The translations under genes and the position numbers were made by a program. This document shows positions 61,537-64,000 of a DNA stretch of 64,000 nucleotides, piece by piece. Under the pieces are notes generated by a model. That model was not told the DNA's origin, made no database searches, and saw only the letters and a program-made list of their open reading frames with translations. Source of the stretch: Squalus acanthias (Eukaryota). Where the stretch lies: assembly GCA_030390025.1 (NCBI GenBank), contig CM059432.1:105650001-105714000 (forward strand), given 5' to 3'. Numbering within the stretch: the stretch's first letter is position 1; each line of letters opens with the position of its first letter.

Positions 61537-63458
61537 GGGAATGGTAGCATAGTGGTTATGTTACTGAACTAGTAATCCAGAGGCCTGGACTAATGATCCA
61601 GCGACATGAGTTCAAATCCCTCCATGGCAGCTGGGGAATTTAAATTCAGTTAATTAAATAAATCTGGAATAAAAAGCTAGTATCAGTAATGATGACTATA
61701 AAACTATCGCATTGTCGTAAAAACCCATCACTAATGTCCTTTAGGGAAGGAAATCTGCCATCCTTACCTGGTCTGGCCCATATGTGTCTCCAGACCCACA
61801 GCAATGTGGTTAACTCTTAACTGCCCTCTGAAATGGCCTAGCAAGTCACTCAGTTGTAACAAACCGCAATGAAAAACAATAATAAGAATTTAAAAAACAG
61901 GTGGACCATGCGGCATCGACCTCGGCACCGGCTTCGGATATGACAACGGCACACCCAGCCCAGTTGACCCTGCAAAGTCCTCCTCACCAACATCTGGGGA
62001 CTTGTGCCAAAATTGGGAGAGCTGTCCCACAGACTAGTCAAGCAACAGCCTGACATAGTCATACTCACAGGATCATACCTATCAGCCAATGTCCCAGACT
62101 CCACCATCACCATCCCTGGGTATGTCCTGTCCCACAGGAGGTGGCGGCACATAGTATACAGGAGGGAGGGAGTTGCCCTGGGAGTCCTCAACATTGACTC
62201 CAGACCCCATGAAGTCTCATGGCTTCAGGTCAAGCATGGGCAAGGAAACCTCCTGCTGATTACCACATACTGCCCTCCCTCAGCTGATGAATCAGTACTC
62301 CTCCATGTTGAACATGACTTGGAAGAAGCACTGAGAGTAGCAAGGGCACAGAATGTACTCTGGGTGGGGGACTTCAATGTCCATCACCAAGAGTCGCTCA
62401 GTAGCATCACTACGGACCGAGCTGGCTGAGTCCTGAAGGACATAGCTGTCAGACTGGGCCTACGGCAGATGGAAAGAGAACCTCTTCACCAATCTATCTG
62501 CCGCACATGCATCTGTCCATGACAGCACTGGTAGTCATTGTGGAGACGAAGTCCCGACTTCACACTGAGGACACCCTCCAATGTGTTGTGTGGTACTACC
62601 ACCGTGCTAAATGGGATAGATTCAGAACAGATCCTCAAATCTGGGCATCCATGAGCTGCTGTGGGCCATCAGCAGCAGCAGCAGAATTGTATTCCACCAC
62701 AATCTGTAACCTCGTGGCCCGGCATATCCCTCACTCTACCATTACCATCAAGCCAGGGGACCAACCCTGGTTCAATAAGGAGTGCAGAAGCAGCACCAGG
62801 CATACCTAAAAATGAGGTGCCAACCTGGGGAAGCTACAACTCAGGTCTACATGCATGCTATAGACGGAGCTAAGCGATCCCACAGTCAACGGATCAGATC
62901 AAAGCTCGGCAGTCCTGCCACATCCAGTTATGAAAGGTGGTGGACCATTAAACAACTAACGGCAGGAGGAGGCTCCATGAATATCCCCATCCTCAATGAT
63001 GGTGGAGCCCAGCATATGAGTGCAAAAGACAAAGCTGAAGCGTTTGCAACCATCTTCAGCCAGAAGTGCCGAGTGGATGATCCATCTCAGCCTCCTCCTG
63101 AGGTACGCATCATCACAGAAGCCAGTCTTCAGCCAATTGGATTCACTCCACATGATATCAAGAAACGGCTGAGTGCACTGGATACAGCAAAGGCTATCGG
63201 CCCCGACAACATCCCGGCTGTCGTGCTGAAGACTTGTGCTCCAGAACTAGCCACGCCTCTAGCCAAGCTGTTCCAGTACAGCAACAACACTGGCATCTAT
63301 CCGACAATGTGGAAAACTGTCCAGGTATGTCCTGTCCATAAAAAGCAGGACAAATCCAATCCCGCCAATTACTGCCCCATCAGTCTACTCTCAATCATCA
63401 GCAAAGTAATGGAAGGTGTCATCGACAGTGCTATCAAGCGGCACTGACATACTAATAA
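61537..63458 (+). mobile_element. 5' half of the second LINE family: tRNA-derived head followed directly by a degraded APE-RT ORF, interrupted by CR1 copy H
   Basis: A and B boxes, SINE-like body to ~61856, then KVLLTNIWGL...PDIVILT.SYL, VGDFNVHH, QPWFNKEC, KAIGPDNIP, NYCPISLL. Confidence 0.85.
61545..61618 (+). promoter_or_regulatory. RNA polymerase III type-2 internal promoter (A box and B box)
   Basis: A box TAGCATAGTGG at 61545-61555, B box GTTCAAATC at 61610-61618. Confidence 0.75.
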
Positions 63459-64000
63459 CGGCTGCAGGGCATTCTGAGGGGGGAGGGTGAACAGCCAGAG
63501 GTTGTGGTCCATATCGGTACCAACGACATAGGTAGGAAGAGGGATGAGGTCCTGCAGGCAGAGTTTAGGGAGCTAGGAAAAAGGTTAAAAAGCAGGACCT
63601 CAAAGGTAGTAATCTCCGGATTACTACCAGTGCCACGTGCTAGTGAGTACAGAAATAGGAAGATAGAGCAGATGAATGCGTGGCTGGAGTGATGGTGTAG
63701 GAGGGAGGGCTTTAGATTCCTGAGGAATTGGAACCGTTACAGGGGGAGGTGGGACCTCTACAAGCCAGATGGGTTGCACCTCAACGGGAACGGGACCAAT
63801 ATCCTCGCGAGAGGATTTGCTAGTGCTGTTGGGGAGGGTTTAAACTAGCTTGACGGGGATGGGAACCTAAGAATAGATTCAATAGGGAGGGAAGAAAAAC
63901 TGGAATTGGAAAACAAAAACGTAGAAATTAAATAGGAAGGACAGAGGAGTCAAGGGCTAGATTGTAGTCAACAAGGAGGTTTGCCTGTACTAAATGGTAT
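63459..64000 (+). mobile_element. CR1 LINE copy H (ORF1 3' part and junction), runs off the window end
   Basis: VHIGTNDIG, VVISGLLPVPRAS, DGLHL, ASAVGEGLN*. Confidence 0.88.

Noticed and set aside
61537..61625. Genuine tRNA gene
   Set aside because: A and B boxes are present, but I see no convincing cloverleaf or T-run terminator, and it continues into a retroelement body.

Overview
Eukaryotic (vertebrate) genomic DNA. The repeat content suggests a cartilaginous fish such as a shark (inference). The window holds three short + strand coding exons of a collectin gene most like COLEC10 (1232-1361, 46020-46091, 60579-60650). They are separated by introns of about 44.7 kb and 14.5 kb packed with nested mobile elements: about ten CR1 LINE copies (one full length with both ORFs open), an RTE-BovB-type LINE, an L2 3' end, three copies of a second APE/RT LINE family, Penelope-like fragments, several PIF/Harbinger elements and MITEs, a Tigger/pogo transposon, a probable hAT element, tRNA-derived SINEs and a 27-bp minisatellite. 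Four observations stand out. (1) A LINE has a tRNA-derived A/B-box head, no ORF1 and no TTTT on its sense strand, making it a candidate Pol III-transcribed protein-coding retrotransposon. (2) A U-UUA-AAC slippery heptamer sits at the ORF1/ORF2 junction of every CR1 copy that retains the junction, with ORF2 in the -1 frame, suggesting a programmed -1 frameshift. (3) Penelope-like fragments carry minimal hammerhead ribozymes with covarying stems, and one insertion starts at the predicted cleavage site. (4) Harbinger derivatives have deleted the transposase core but kept the spliced Myb/SANT gene. All calls were made by eye and no database searches were run.
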